Shown here piece by piece: positions 11,285 to 23,207 of a DNA stretch of 64,000 nucleotides (position 1 is its first letter; each line of letters begins with the position of its first letter). The notes below the pieces were generated by a model. The model was not told the DNA's origin, did no database searches, and worked only from the letters and a program-made list of their open reading frames with translations. A program made the position numbers and the translations under genes. Source of the stretch: a virus; IMG/VR virus record IMGVR_UViG_3300021197_001653, positions 40,435 through 104,434 of that record; one strand, written 5' to 3'.

Positions 11285-14200
11285 ATGGGAAAAATATGTA
11301 ATAGACTTGCTGTAACTAATAACCAGCATTCAGAACTATTTAATACTTTACTTAGTATTGCTAATAACAATGAAGAGTTAGCAGATGAGTATTATGCTTT
11401 TTTTAAGAGTGAAAGATTTATTAATGATTTTGGTGATTATCAAGATCAATATACTAATTTTGATGCTGCTAATTTAAAAATTAGTGAAAAAAGATTAGAT
11501 ATTAATCATGAACCTAAGTTATTTCTTGATAAAAAATATAATAGTTATTACTATAAGAATAAACATCATAAAAAAGTATATTACCCTAGTAGTACTAGAA
11601 ATTTAAATGTATATTATTCAAGTGAAGCTATTGACTCTATATCTAAAATTTTAGCATTAGACTTTTTAAAACCAAGAATAGGTGATGATTTTAATGATTT
11701 AAATCTAAATAAAGAAAAAGGTAGATTAATAGATAGTATTAAAAATAAATTAGAGTCTAAAATTAAAGAACTTAAATCAGGCCCTAGTATTATAGAAAAA
11801 ACTAAAGGTGGGGTATTAGAATTAACATTACCTCACTTAAATGAATGGGTTAAGAATGTTGAAGATTATTATAAATCTATTAATTTAAACTACGTTGAAA
11901 CAACTGAACAAGATGATGTTGATGAAGATACATCAGCCCCTGGTCATGCATATGGGTTATCTTCTTTTGAAAAGAATTCAAAAGATAATGTTACGAGTAA
12001 TATAAAACTTAGACTTTCTTTATTGCAACATGGGACAGAGGTGGATTATTTATTTTATGAACCTATATTAATATCTTTTGATGAAGTCAATAGTTCTTTA
12101 CAGAAAACTTTAACTAATAGTATTGCTTTAATGAAAAATGGTCAACAAGAAGACTTGTTTGAAATATATAAGCAAGAGATACATACATTATCATTAAAAA
12201 AACCTTATTTAAAATCTTTAACAGCTCAATTAGATAATATTACTGATATTAATTTAAAGTCTCAATTTGTAAGAGCATTTAATCTAGATAAAAATAATTT
12301 TATAGGTACAATATATGATATAACTAAAGACAATATTATTGTAGATGTATTAAATTTATCTGATGTTGGCTCTAAAACCAATATGGTTAAAAATAACTGG
12401 ACATATTCTTTTATTAAAACTGTATCAAATTCTAATCTTGAGATTGATGAGGCATCTATTACTAAGATAAATGATATAGAATCTGCTTTTAAAGGATTTT
12501 ATGGTGATAAAAATAGTGGTTTTAGAAAAGATGTATATAAAGGTACTGTAAACCTAGAAAGGGCTAGTGATGAAATTAGAAATATATTAAATGACTTAGG
12601 TATAAATACAACTGAAAATGGATTTAATCATTATTTAGATGGTTTAGAAACTAGTACAGCTGATAAAGATTTAAGAATAGAAAACTTAAGTAATTTATTA
12701 TCTAGTGTTAATTATTTATTTAAGAGTTTAAAAACTATAACTACTAAGAATTATAAAGATATTTTAAATAGTCAGAATGAAATAACAAACTTAGCTAAGG
12801 CTGAGTCATTCTTTATTTCAGAAGGTTCTGACGCATCTATATTTTCAGTAGGTAAATCTAAATGGGTTTATTCTAACCCTTCTTACTTATCTAATAAGGT
12901 AAAAGAATGGAATAAGGATATTACATATTTAGATAATCATTTCAATGCTAGTGAATTTAATAAAGGTTCTCATTATATGTCTACCATGTTAAACACTCCT
13001 AGTTTAGTTAAAAATCTTACTTTAAATGTATTTAATTCACTGCAAGTAAAAAATGACGCTGTCAATGCTAGTGATGGTAAAACATTATCTAAGAATGATG
13101 CACTTGCAGATTCATATAATAAAATATTAGGTTATAAAAAACCAGGTGGGAAGTCTTATTTTAATACTCCTACACCAGCAGATAAATCAACTCAATATCA
13201 AATAGGTATTCCTAATGAGCTAATGGTGGAAACTAATGCTTCATTTGATAGAGATACTAATCAAGTTGTTATAAATGATTCAGCTTATGAAATATTAGTA
13301 AGCTATATTGTATCTGAACATAATAGAATGAGAAAAGTTCAGAAGGAGATTGATTCTGGTACAACTACAATGATAGAGCATTACCATATAGGTAGAAAGA
13401 ATGGTATTAAGTTTCAAAGTATTCCTGAATTAAACCATGATAATTTTAAAAACTTAGGTTTTAATTTTGAACTATATGGTGAGAGTGGAGAAGTTTTAGA
13501 TATTGATTTAACTGTTGAAGCTAAAGCTCAAATTAAAGAATATATTAAAGATATAGTATCTAAAAACATTAAAGTTTTTTATGATACATTATTTGATAAG
13601 AAGTTGTTATCATATAATGCAGATGGTGTGATTATCAATAAAGGTATTGACAGTAGTATATGGTCTTCATATGATTCTAGATTTAGACCATTAAAGGTTG
13701 CGTCAGATATATTTATAAATGGTTTAATATCTCAGATAGAATATTCTAAAATGTTCTCTGGTGATGTAGCTTATTATAAAAATGCAGATGATTATAAGAA
13801 AAGAATACCTGCTACATATACAGATGGGTTGCAGTTATACACGCAATCATATGATAACCCTGTTGATCAAAATAAAGAAAATTATTTTAACATTGCTGTT
13901 ATCAATAATGTAGTAGTAAAAACACCTTATTATGAAGAATTAGTAAAATTAGTAGGTGAAGATATAGCTAGTAAATATTCTGACATTAACTCTACTGATG
14001 CACAAGCATGGATTACTCCTGAAAGATGGAAGTTTTTAATGGTAAGGTTAGGTAAATGGTCAAATGTACATGATTCAATTTATGACAAGTTTAATAACCC
14101 AAATGCTGAATATACTTCTACTGAATTAAAACAAGTAGCACAACCCTTAAAAGGTGTGTATTTTGAGATTAATAATGGTGTACCTGTTTACTTAAAGTAT

Positions 14201-17200
14201 TCACAAGCTGTATTAGTTCCTAATATGGTTAGAAATAATAAAGGGTTGCAGACATTAGTTAATAAAATGAAGGATGCTGATATACAAGAACTTATTACAA
14301 TTGATGGTGTAAAAGTTGGTGCAGCAAAACCTGTTAAAACTCATACTGATGAAGGTATTGTTTTAAATAACTTTGAATTAACACCATATCAATTAAAGAA
14401 TAGTGGTTGGAAACTTCAACAAGATTTACCTATTAAGACATTCAAGTTAACTGAAGTAGGTTCTCAGATTCAAAAGAATATATATGCTGGTTTATCAAGT
14501 AATTTAGATAAAACATTTGATGTTAATGATATTGAAATGAGTGGTTCTGAATTAATAGAATACATTAATAATATAGTAGCTCAATTATCTAATAAAGGTA
14601 AGGATAGATTCACAAAGGAATTTGATGTTGATGATAATAATAAAATCAATAATATAGACGCTCTTACTGATACACTATTAGATGAATTAAAAACTAGAGG
14701 TGCTTCTAAAAATGTCATACAAGCATTAGAAAGTGGTATTACCCCTTATGCTATACCTGGATATCAGCAAAAAATACAGAATGTATTTGCATCTATTGTA
14801 TTAAAGAGATTAGTTAAAATTAAGACTAATGGTGGTTCATTTATTCAGATGTCTAACTATGGTTTAAATAAAGATGAAGCTGATAATAAAGGTGTTATAT
14901 GGACTCCATGGGCTAAGGAAACTACACATGAATATGAGGTTATAGGTGAAAAGAATGGTAGACAGATAATTAGACCTGCTGGTATGTTAATCAGTGGTAG
15001 TTTAATAGCTAAATATATACCTAACTATAAGAAATATAGTACTGCTCAATTATTTGGAACAAAAGAGAATGATTATAAAGATGCAATGATAGATAAGAGA
15101 ATTCTAGATTCAATAATAGGATATAGAATACCTAATCAGCATTTAGCGTCTAATGATGCATTAGAGGTTGTTGGTATATTACCAGAAGAAATGGGTGATA
15201 CTGTTATTGCTTATACAGGTATTACAACTAAGACTGGTAGTGATTTTGATATTGATAAGATGTATCTAATGATTCCTTCAATTAAAGCTATAAGAAAAGA
15301 TGGTGACGTATCTAAATTAAAGTATGTAGAAGATGAAGGTCTTAGTTTGGAAGATCAATCATTAGCTCAGTTACAAAATAGTTTAATTCAAGCTTATAAG
15401 GCTGTTATATTAAATGAAAATGTGATTGAAGATGTAATGACACCCATTGATTTTGATTTTATTAAAGATGATATATTAGATTTATTTCCTAAAGATCCTA
15501 TTGAAGCATATGATACATTTAATATCAATAAAGATGTAGATTTAAAATATGAATTTATGGCTGGAAACGCTGGTATTGGTCAAACTGCAAATATGCTAGT
15601 TGATCATAACAGAGGGTTAATGGCTGATATATATTTAAATGATACTGATATTGGAATGGGTTTTAAAAATGATAAAGGTTTCACTACATTTGACACAGAA
15701 TACTCTGAAGTATTAAATGAAATAAAAGACCCTAAATTAAAAAGTATTAAAGTAGCACATTCTTTATCTGCAATAATGAATGGTTACGTTGATATAGCTA
15801 AAGATTCATATATAACAAGAGGTAACTGGACTACACAAACAGCTAATGTTGGATTTATGTTAATAAGAGCTGGTGTACATCCATTTAAGGTGAATGCTTT
15901 ATTAGGACAACCTATTATTAGAGAGTATGTTGATTTTATAACTAACTCAGAATCTAAGATAATTAATGAAACTAGTAATATTAAAGATAAGTTTAAACAA
16001 GAACAAATAAGAAAATTATTAGAAAACGATACATCAATAATTACAATTAATGGTATATCATTAACTAAACGTAAGATATATAAATTAGTAGATAGTAAAC
16101 CAACCCTTAATAAATTAGCTACAATATTTAAATTAAAAGAAGCTGATGAAGAAGTGTTAGATTTATATAAGCATTTAAAGTCATTAGATAAATTATTTGA
16201 AGATACTAAATCTGCTAATGCTAGTAACTTATCATTAAAAGATCTTAGATACAATGTAAAGAATCCTAAGTCTGCTAAGTTACAACCTGAGATATTAAAT
16301 TGGTTCTATGAATTAGTAGATAACTCTAAGAAACTAGTGGAGAACATTAATGCATCTAAAGTTGATGTGAATGGTTACGGTAAGAATATTGGATCTTTAA
16401 TTGTTACAACTAATCTAATAAATAAATTATTAAATGAGAAAGAAAGTGGTAGTTTTATGGGGTATGCTTCAAAGCTTCATTATAATAATGAACCAACAAT
16501 ACTAGGGGCTTATACTGAGAATTCAGTTAATTATATTAAAGATGTAATGCAAGCTAATCCATTATTTTTTGCTACGGCTAATCAGTCAATAATTAATACA
16601 TTTAATGATATTTCTAAGAGTATTACTAATGAAAATTTAATGAATCCTAAACTAGCTGATAAATTAGAAAAAGATTTTTATTCATATTTATTAAGTGGTT
16701 TTGAACCATTAAAAACTAGCCAAGAAGAGAAAGAAGATTTAATAAATAATTTACCTGATAGATTAATGGCTTATTCTAAAGAAAATGAAAACTTATTCAT
16801 AAAAGAATTAGATATTAAATTAGGGGATGATAGTATTTTTTATATTACAATGAATAATAAGAAAAAAACTCCTGAATATCAAACTGAATTAACAAATGCA
16901 TGGTTAGATTTAATAGTTGAAAATAAAAAATTAGGTAATGATTTAATTAAATATTCTTATTTAACATCTGGATTTAAAATGAATATAAATCAGTTTTATA
17001 CTTATATACCATATCAATTCTTTGCTGAAGGGCATATAGATGAGTATATTAATGAAACATTATTTGAGTTGAGTAATTCAGATATATCAGATAAACAATT
17101 TAGTACACAATTCTTTTCTCATAATATTACTGATTACCAACTTGTAGGTAAAATACATGGTAGTCAATTGAATAAAAAAGGATTATCTAATCCAGCAGGT

Positions 17201-17707
17201 GTTATTTTAGAACCTAATGAAAACTTCAAAGGTGTTAAAGAATATTATGTATATGAAGTTAGTAGTGAAGTTGAAGGTAAAATAAAGAAAAGAACATTAT
17301 TATTTAAACTATTAGGTTATGATAAAGATAATGCAGCTATTTTAAAAAGAGTACCTGTTCATGGTAAGAAAGATTCAAAAGGACATAGGATAGTAGAATG
17401 GTCATTTGGTAATGAAATAACTACAAAAGACAATGATATATTAATACAACCTACCACTGAAAATTTACTTGAATTAGAAAACCAAATAGATGAAAGATAT
17501 AATCCTGATAAAACCAAAGAAGATGATTTTGAAAATATGTCTGATTTAGATGAGAATATAACACAAGAAGTAAAAGAATTATGGGCTTTTCATTCCAAAG
17601 TAATATTAGAGAAACATAGTAATGTTACTATACAAGATTTCGCTGATATTGTAAATAAGAATGATAAGGAAGAAGTAGAAAACTGGATAAAAAATTGTTA
17701 TGAGTAA
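11285..17707 (+). CDS. Virion-packaged DNA-dependent RNA polymerase (phi14:2 gp66-like)
   Basis: 2140 aa. Catalytic loop TKTGSDFDIDKMY, plus GYRIPNQ, TDAQAWIT, PTPADKS and VDIAKD motifs. Confidence 0.92.
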   Translation: MGKICNRLAVTNNQHSELFNTLLSIANNNEELADEYYAFFKSERFINDFGDYQDQYTNFDAANLKISEKRLDINHEPKLFLDKKYNSYYYKNKHHKKVYYPSSTRNLNVYYSSEAIDSISKILALDFLKPRIGDDFNDLNLNKEKGRLIDSIKNKLESKIKELKSGPSIIEKTKGGVLELTLPHLNEWVKNVEDYYKSINLNYVETTEQDDVDEDTSAPGHAYGLSSFEKNSKDNVTSNIKLRLSLLQHGTEVDYLFYEPILISFDEVNSSLQKTLTNSIALMKNGQQEDLFEIYKQEIHTLSLKKPYLKSLTAQLDNITDINLKSQFVRAFNLDKNNFIGTIYDITKDNIIVDVLNLSDVGSKTNMVKNNWTYSFIKTVSNSNLEIDEASITKINDIESAFKGFYGDKNSGFRKDVYKGTVNLERASDEIRNILNDLGINTTENGFNHYLDGLETSTADKDLRIENLSNLLSSVNYLFKSLKTITTKNYKDILNSQNEITNLAKAESFFISEGSDASIFSVGKSKWVYSNPSYLSNKVKEWNKDITYLDNHFNASEFNKGSHYMSTMLNTPSLVKNLTLNVFNSLQVKNDAVNASDGKTLSKNDALADSYNKILGYKKPGGKSYFNTPTPADKSTQYQIGIPNELMVETNASFDRDTNQVVINDSAYEILVSYIVSEHNRMRKVQKEIDSGTTTMIEHYHIGRKNGIKFQSIPELNHDNFKNLGFNFELYGESGEVLDIDLTVEAKAQIKEYIKDIVSKNIKVFYDTLFDKKLLSYNADGVIINKGIDSSIWSSYDSRFRPLKVASDIFINGLISQIEYSKMFSGDVAYYKNADDYKKRIPATYTDGLQLYTQSYDNPVDQNKENYFNIAVINNVVVKTPYYEELVKLVGEDIASKYSDINSTDAQAWITPERWKFLMVRLGKWSNVHDSIYDKFNNPNAEYTSTELKQVAQPLKGVYFEINNGVPVYLKYSQAVLVPNMVRNNKGLQTLVNKMKDADIQELITIDGVKVGAAKPVKTHTDEGIVLNNFELTPYQLKNSGWKLQQDLPIKTFKLTEVGSQIQKNIYAGLSSNLDKTFDVNDIEMSGSELIEYINNIVAQLSNKGKDRFTKEFDVDDNNKINNIDALTDTLLDELKTRGASKNVIQALESGITPYAIPGYQQKIQNVFASIVLKRLVKIKTNGGSFIQMSNYGLNKDEADNKGVIWTPWAKETTHEYEVIGEKNGRQIIRPAGMLISGSLIAKYIPNYKKYSTAQLFGTKENDYKDAMIDKRILDSIIGYRIPNQHLASNDALEVVGILPEEMGDTVIAYTGITTKTGSDFDIDKMYLMIPSIKAIRKDGDVSKLKYVEDEGLSLEDQSLAQLQNSLIQAYKAVILNENVIEDVMTPIDFDFIKDDILDLFPKDPIEAYDTFNINKDVDLKYEFMAGNAGIGQTANMLVDHNRGLMADIYLNDTDIGMGFKNDKGFTTFDTEYSEVLNEIKDPKLKSIKVAHSLSAIMNGYVDIAKDSYITRGNWTTQTANVGFMLIRAGVHPFKVNALLGQPIIREYVDFITNSESKIINETSNIKDKFKQEQIRKLLENDTSIITINGISLTKRKIYKLVDSKPTLNKLATIFKLKEADEEVLDLYKHLKSLDKLFEDTKSANASNLSLKDLRYNVKNPKSAKLQPEILNWFYELVDNSKKLVENINASKVDVNGYGKNIGSLIVTTNLINKLLNEKESGSFMGYASKLHYNNEPTILGAYTENSVNYIKDVMQANPLFFATANQSIINTFNDISKSITNENLMNPKLADKLEKDFYSYLLSGFEPLKTSQEEKEDLINNLPDRLMAYSKENENLFIKELDIKLGDDSIFYITMNNKKKTPEYQTELTNAWLDLIVENKKLGNDLIKYSYLTSGFKMNINQFYTYIPYQFFAEGHIDEYINETLFELSNSDISDKQFSTQFFSHNITDYQLVGKIHGSQLNKKGLSNPAGVILEPNENFKGVKEYYVYEVSSEVEGKIKKRTLLFKLLGYDKDNAAILKRVPVHGKKDSKGHRIVEWSFGNEITTKDNDILIQPTTENLLELENQIDERYNPDKTKEDDFENMSDLDENITQEVKELWAFHSKVILEKHSNVTIQDFADIVNKNDKEEVENWIKNCYE

Positions 17708-20700
17708 GATAAGTTGTATAAATATAAATAATAAGGAATATAAGGCTTTAGTAGAGGATAGTAATCTATCACCTATTGTAGTTGAATTTAAGATTGCTAA
17801 ATGGCAAAGTGAGACAGGTTTAGACAGGTTTCCTTCTAAAGATGAATTAATGTCTTTTGATGGGGTTAGTTATAATTTAAAAGCTGTAGATATATTATCT
17901 TCTGATAAGGCTATACAAGTCTTTAAAAAGGGTAATAAGAACAACTGGGAGTTATCTAAAATTCTTACAGAGCTTCAAATACCTAAAGAGCAGAAACAAC
18001 TTATATTAGATAAGGGTTTGACTAATAAAGATGAAATCATATTAGCTTTATTAGCTGATAATAGTTTTGCTGTTGAAATTAATATTGCTACTACTAAATC
18101 AGCTAATAGTGTGGATGATTATGATACAGCCTATGAGCAGCAGTATGGTCAAGGAGATATTGTAGGAAGTAATACACAGCATTACTCAAATTTAACAGTT
18201 CCAGGTGGTATTAATTATACAGAAAATGAAATATCTACACCTGCTATAACACCTAATATTAAAGGTCATGCTCAATTTAGTACTAATCAAGGTATCGGAT
18301 GGTTTAGGAGCGATGAACAAAAAGAAGATTCTAATTTAAGTATAGAAAAAGGACGTTTAATAGATAATAAAATTTATACTAAAACTCGTAGAATACTAGA
18401 ATTACAATCTGATTTATTTCAGAAAGGTAGAGATTCTAAGTTATTAGTTGGTGAGAGGTCAATAGATGGAGGTGGTACATTTAATATAAAAGATCATGAA
18501 TACAAAAGAAGTATAAATGGTGAATTTAGTGTAAGATCACCTGAAGATGGTTCTGATACTGTTGAAGATGGTGGTATTGTAGTAATAAAAAATATTTCAG
18601 AATCAGAATATTTTGATGCATTAAGAACATTAAATAATACTAATGAAGATAATCAATTTCTACAACTTTTAAATAAAAAAGGTAATTGGGTTAATTTCTT
18701 TATTCAATCTATAGTACAAGATAGTATTAAGAAAGGTTATAAAAAAGTATTATTTCCTACAGGTAATACTGCTGCTACTGTTGAAGGTCATACTACTATA
18801 GCTGATGATATAAAGAATACAAATAAAATAATAAAGATATTAGAAGATAATAAAGTAGAAAAAAATCCTGATGTTGAATCACCTAGGCAAGCTTATAGAT
18901 TTAAAATAAGTGAACATAATGATTATAACTATGCCGCAACACAATCTGAAGCTGAAGGAGATAGAAAAGCTAAAATTGATTACTTAAAATATAGAAATAA
19001 AGAAAGAAAAGAACAAGGTGTTGAAAAACTTGCTCCAATTGAAGCTTTTTATAATAATAAAGTAACGAGAACACTTGATAAACTATATGCAGTAAATAAA
19101 ATTACTGATAAATATGGTAACACTTGGAATGAAATAGATTTATCTCAAGATATAAGTCAAACGATATTATTAAAAGATTTATTAAATGAGAATATAAAAG
19201 ATAGAGTATTTGAAAATAACGTTACAACCCCTACATTTAATAATGATCCTAATTTAAGAGGTGATTTTGTAAAGACTATGAGGTTATTATTTAACAATAA
19301 GACATCTAATGTAATGGCTACAGATGTTTTAGAGAACATATTGAATAATTTTGAGGATATATCTGATATATCTAAACCAGTATTGGAAAAGGTCTTAAAA
19401 AAACTACAGGTAACTAATGCTAAGGTTCTATTTGTTGGTCAAAGTAAAATGGCTACTGAAGGAGCTGTAATGCAATATAACCCTCATGATAAGACAATTA
19501 GAGTTTCTAAGAAGTTTTTAACAGGATTAGATCCTAAATTTTTAAGTAGAGTGTTTATACATGAGGTAGTGCATAGTGTAACCCACCATGTAATAACCAA
19601 ACCTACCACAATGGAAGATAAGATATTTGGTGATTTCATCAAGAAGTCTTATGACTACTATAAATCTAAAATAGACAATGCGGATTCATATAACGGTTTC
19701 AAAAATATTGATGAGTTTATGGCTGATTTCTTTACTGATAAGGATTTTGCTAATAAAATTAAAGAAGTTGATAAGAAAAATAAAAATAAATCGTTTTTAT
19801 CAAAATTAATATCATATCTTAAAACATTATTTGGTATAAATAAAAATGAAACTCCTGCTTATAATAAAGTAATGGATTCTATTTTATCTAATGCTAAAGT
19901 TGATGTATTAAACAAGAATTGGAATGATGTTGTTTTTGAAAAGAACATAACTGAAATTCCTGCTTACTACAAGTTAGGTAGTATTGATAAAAAATTAAAT
20001 TATTTTATTGATGGTATTAAAGATAATTTAGAAGAAAATATTAGAAATTATGATAATCTTATAAAGAAAGTTAAAAAACCTCAATCAATTAAATTATATA
20101 ACGATAAACTAAAAGAATTATTATTTCATATTAATGAATTGGATGAAGGTAATAAATGGCAAGGTATTTCTTTATTTGTAAATCAAATGAATAATAGTAT
20201 TAATTCTCTTAAAGCAAAACTTCATACTGAAAACTTTCAAAATAAAGATGTAGTAACTACTATTAATCTATATAATAAGTATTTAGAATCATATGATATT
20301 ATTGAAGATATAAGACAATTTCTATCCGACACTAAAGCAGAAATTAAAACTGGTAAAGAAAATATTCCAGTTACTCTTGAAGATATTATAGCAATAAATG
20401 ATGTATTAGAAGAAGCTAGTGGTCAATATAATGGTTTAAAAGGTGATGTATTTTCATATCTTAAAAAAGCATTCATTGAAAAGTATAATAAAAAAGAATA
20501 TGCTACTGAAGTATTATATAAATATAGAAAGAAGCTAGGTAAACAATATAAAGATTTAAAGATTACAGAATCTAAAAAATCTTGGGTTGCTAAACAAATG
20601 AATGGTCCTTATAAAGAAGAGATTGCTCAAAAAGTAAAAGAACATGTAACTGGTATTGTAGAAGATCATGCATTTGATATAACAACAGCTACTGCTGTAA

Positions 20701-23093
20701 TGAATACTAGTATTAATACTAATTCAAAGTTAGTTCAGATGTTACATAATTTAATTGCTAAAACTAGAGATGTAATTATAACAAAAACTAGAAAGAAGGA
20801 TTTAGATTTAATTTCATTACATGATAAATTTATTAAAGATAAAGGTAATAAAAAACCTTCTGCTTTATATAGTGAATTAATTGAGTATGATAAGGTTAGC
20901 GATAATTATTATCTAAAAGGTGAATATTCAATTAAGTTTAAACAAGAACATGATAAACAATTTAATAAATATATTGAAGAACTTAAAGAAATTGCAACCA
21001 ATAAAGGTACTAATTCTGATGAATATAAATATTACTTTGATAATTCTAATTTTAACAAATGGTTAAAAGATAATGTTGTTAAACAAGGTGATGTAGAAAG
21101 ACCTTCTAATAAATGGAAAAATGATTTATCTAAGTTGTCTAATATAGAAAAACAAGTATTAAATGAATTTACAAGTATTATTAAAGATACACAAAAGAAA
21201 ACATTTAAAATAAATAGTTTAATTTCTAGACCTTTAAAAGGTGCTGTATATATGAAGTTACCATCTATTACTAAGAAGGATTTAGAAAGAGCTCTAGAAG
21301 GTAATATAAAGGGTTTTTATAAAGACAAAATAAAAGATTTAACAAAAGTTAGAGTTGATGATATTGGTTATGAAACTAAACTAGTTAAAATGAATAATAA
21401 ACCACTTAATAATGTTAAGATTAATTTTAGAGGTGATTTATCTAGTGACCAACAATCTTTAGACCTATTTACTATAATGGCTTTGGAATATAAAAATGGT
21501 ATTAATTATGAAGAAAAACATAAACTTGAAAATGATGCCCATATATTAAAAGAAATAGCTAAAAATAAGAAATATTATGTTACATCTGCCGCTAGTAGGG
21601 TTCCAATTTTAGGAGCTCATATAAAGAGAAATAAAAGACTTATACAAGATGGTTCTACGAGTAATACTTATAAAAGAATTAATAGCCTTATAGAGTCTAA
21701 TGTATATGATATTTTACATAAAAATTCTGGTAAAATAGGTAAATACGATGTAAATAAAATTATTGGATTTGTAAATGGATGGACGGGTGCTGTTGGTATG
21801 ACATTAAATGAAGTTACAGCTACAGCCAATGTATTAAATGGTAAAGCTCAATTATTTTTAGAAGCTATATCAGGTTCACATATTAAAGCTAAATCTATTG
21901 CTAAAGCTGAGAAATTATATTTTAGTAATTTAGGAGAAATCGTAAAGGATATAAAATCACCAGTTAAAAGATCATTTACTAATCAACTTACTGAAATGTT
22001 TGATACATTTGGTACAGTTAGTGTAGGTCAAAAACAAGCATTTATTAAAAACACAATGATAAAAGCTATTGGAAACTTTGGGTCTGGTCAATTTATGCAA
22101 GATTCAGGTGAACATTGGATGCAATCTGTATTAACAATGGGTGTTTTAGATAGTGTAAAAGTAATGAATTCAGATCATAACTTTATTGATAAAAATGGTA
22201 AAGTGGTTAAAACTGAAAAAGAAGCTGCTTCATTATTAGATATGATATCATTAGTAAATGGTGAATTAAAAGTTAGTAAAAAATTCTTATATACATCTCA
22301 TACACCTAATGTAGCATATAATGAAGGTGGTAAAGAATTAATAGATAAGTTTCTTAAAAAGAAAATATTTGATACAATGGGAGCGTATGATGTTAATATG
22401 CAACCTGAAGCTCAAAGACATGCTTTTGGTAAATTAACTTTAATGTATCGTAAATTCTTAGTTCCAATGGGTGTAGCTAGATATAGAGGGTTTAGTACAT
22501 TTAATAAATCATATGATGAGTTAAGACCAGAACAAAAATTTTTCTCAGAAGCATTACAAGAATATGAAGAAGGTTATTATACTTCAGCATTAAGATTTGT
22601 AAGTACAACTGCTTTACCTGCTCTAAAAGAACTTAATTATAAAATAATAAAAGAAAACTGGAGTGAACTTACTGATTATCAGAAGAAGAATATTCATAAA
22701 GCAGTTACAGAAGTAGTTATTACAGCTGTCTTATTACCTTTATTATCTATAATATTACAATCAATGGCAGATGATACTGAAGATGATGAATTTTTATATT
22801 TTTTATTATTAGAATTTAGAAGATTAGAATCTGAATTGTCATCATATAGAAATTTAAGTGAGCAATGGAGAATATTAGAGTCACCAATTCCTTCAGCAAG
22901 AATGGTTCAAAACTCAAGTAAACTTATACTTAGATTAATCAATCCTAGTCAATGGGGTGAAAGGTATAAATCAGGTACAAATAAAAATATGTTTAGAATA
23001 AAAAGGGAAGTTGAAAGATTAACACCAATTTTAAATTCAAGAAGTATTACTTATAAAGATAAATATAATTATATGTTAAAAATGGTGCAATAG
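17700..23093 (+). CDS. Large multidomain virion protein with zincin-like metallopeptidase motif
   Basis: 1797 aa. HEVVH followed by DEFMA (zincin). N-terminal GGINYTE...ELQSDLFQKGR...GYKKVLFP domain seen in phage polyvalent proteins. Follows the vRNAP gene. Confidence 0.65.
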   Translation: MSKISCININNKEYKALVEDSNLSPIVVEFKIAKWQSETGLDRFPSKDELMSFDGVSYNLKAVDILSSDKAIQVFKKGNKNNWELSKILTELQIPKEQKQLILDKGLTNKDEIILALLADNSFAVEINIATTKSANSVDDYDTAYEQQYGQGDIVGSNTQHYSNLTVPGGINYTENEISTPAITPNIKGHAQFSTNQGIGWFRSDEQKEDSNLSIEKGRLIDNKIYTKTRRILELQSDLFQKGRDSKLLVGERSIDGGGTFNIKDHEYKRSINGEFSVRSPEDGSDTVEDGGIVVIKNISESEYFDALRTLNNTNEDNQFLQLLNKKGNWVNFFIQSIVQDSIKKGYKKVLFPTGNTAATVEGHTTIADDIKNTNKIIKILEDNKVEKNPDVESPRQAYRFKISEHNDYNYAATQSEAEGDRKAKIDYLKYRNKERKEQGVEKLAPIEAFYNNKVTRTLDKLYAVNKITDKYGNTWNEIDLSQDISQTILLKDLLNENIKDRVFENNVTTPTFNNDPNLRGDFVKTMRLLFNNKTSNVMATDVLENILNNFEDISDISKPVLEKVLKKLQVTNAKVLFVGQSKMATEGAVMQYNPHDKTIRVSKKFLTGLDPKFLSRVFIHEVVHSVTHHVITKPTTMEDKIFGDFIKKSYDYYKSKIDNADSYNGFKNIDEFMADFFTDKDFANKIKEVDKKNKNKSFLSKLISYLKTLFGINKNETPAYNKVMDSILSNAKVDVLNKNWNDVVFEKNITEIPAYYKLGSIDKKLNYFIDGIKDNLEENIRNYDNLIKKVKKPQSIKLYNDKLKELLFHINELDEGNKWQGISLFVNQMNNSINSLKAKLHTENFQNKDVVTTINLYNKYLESYDIIEDIRQFLSDTKAEIKTGKENIPVTLEDIIAINDVLEEASGQYNGLKGDVFSYLKKAFIEKYNKKEYATEVLYKYRKKLGKQYKDLKITESKKSWVAKQMNGPYKEEIAQKVKEHVTGIVEDHAFDITTATAVMNTSINTNSKLVQMLHNLIAKTRDVIITKTRKKDLDLISLHDKFIKDKGNKKPSALYSELIEYDKVSDNYYLKGEYSIKFKQEHDKQFNKYIEELKEIATNKGTNSDEYKYYFDNSNFNKWLKDNVVKQGDVERPSNKWKNDLSKLSNIEKQVLNEFTSIIKDTQKKTFKINSLISRPLKGAVYMKLPSITKKDLERALEGNIKGFYKDKIKDLTKVRVDDIGYETKLVKMNNKPLNNVKINFRGDLSSDQQSLDLFTIMALEYKNGINYEEKHKLENDAHILKEIAKNKKYYVTSAASRVPILGAHIKRNKRLIQDGSTSNTYKRINSLIESNVYDILHKNSGKIGKYDVNKIIGFVNGWTGAVGMTLNEVTATANVLNGKAQLFLEAISGSHIKAKSIAKAEKLYFSNLGEIVKDIKSPVKRSFTNQLTEMFDTFGTVSVGQKQAFIKNTMIKAIGNFGSGQFMQDSGEHWMQSVLTMGVLDSVKVMNSDHNFIDKNGKVVKTEKEAASLLDMISLVNGELKVSKKFLYTSHTPNVAYNEGGKELIDKFLKKKIFDTMGAYDVNMQPEAQRHAFGKLTLMYRKFLVPMGVARYRGFSTFNKSYDELRPEQKFFSEALQEYEEGYYTSALRFVSTTALPALKELNYKIIKENWSELTDYQKKNIHKAVTEVVITAVLLPLLSIILQSMADDTEDDEFLYFLLLEFRRLESELSSYRNLSEQWRILESPIPSARMVQNSSKLILRLINPSQWGERYKSGTNKNMFRIKREVERLTPILNSRSITYKDKYNYMLKMVQ

Positions 23094-23117
23094 GCATCGT
23101 TCATAGTTAAAGGGTCT

Positions 23118-23157
23118 AAAAAAAAGGATAGTGTCAATTAAGATGCTATCCTTTTTT
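23118..23157. terminator. Bidirectional intrinsic terminator between convergent gene blocks
   Basis: A-run-GGATAGTGTC-loop-GATGCTATCC-T6 at the point where + and - strand blocks converge. Confidence 0.85.
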
Positions 23158-23207
23158 ATGTTTAATATAATTACAATTATTAAACTCTGCGTATTCTTTT
23201 TCTTTTT

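Noticed and set aside
11285-17707. Additional introns or inteins in the vRNAP (also checked in PolB, nrdA, nrdB and primase)
   Set aside because: Motifs are contiguous at expected lengths, and I saw no second set of P/Q/R/S elements by eye (not exhaustively searched).
3495-19339. Minus-strand ORFs within the structural genes (e.g. 3855-4157, 4215-4643, 10978-11370, 15784-16254)
   Set aside because: Antisense shadows of long plus-strand genes with no motifs.
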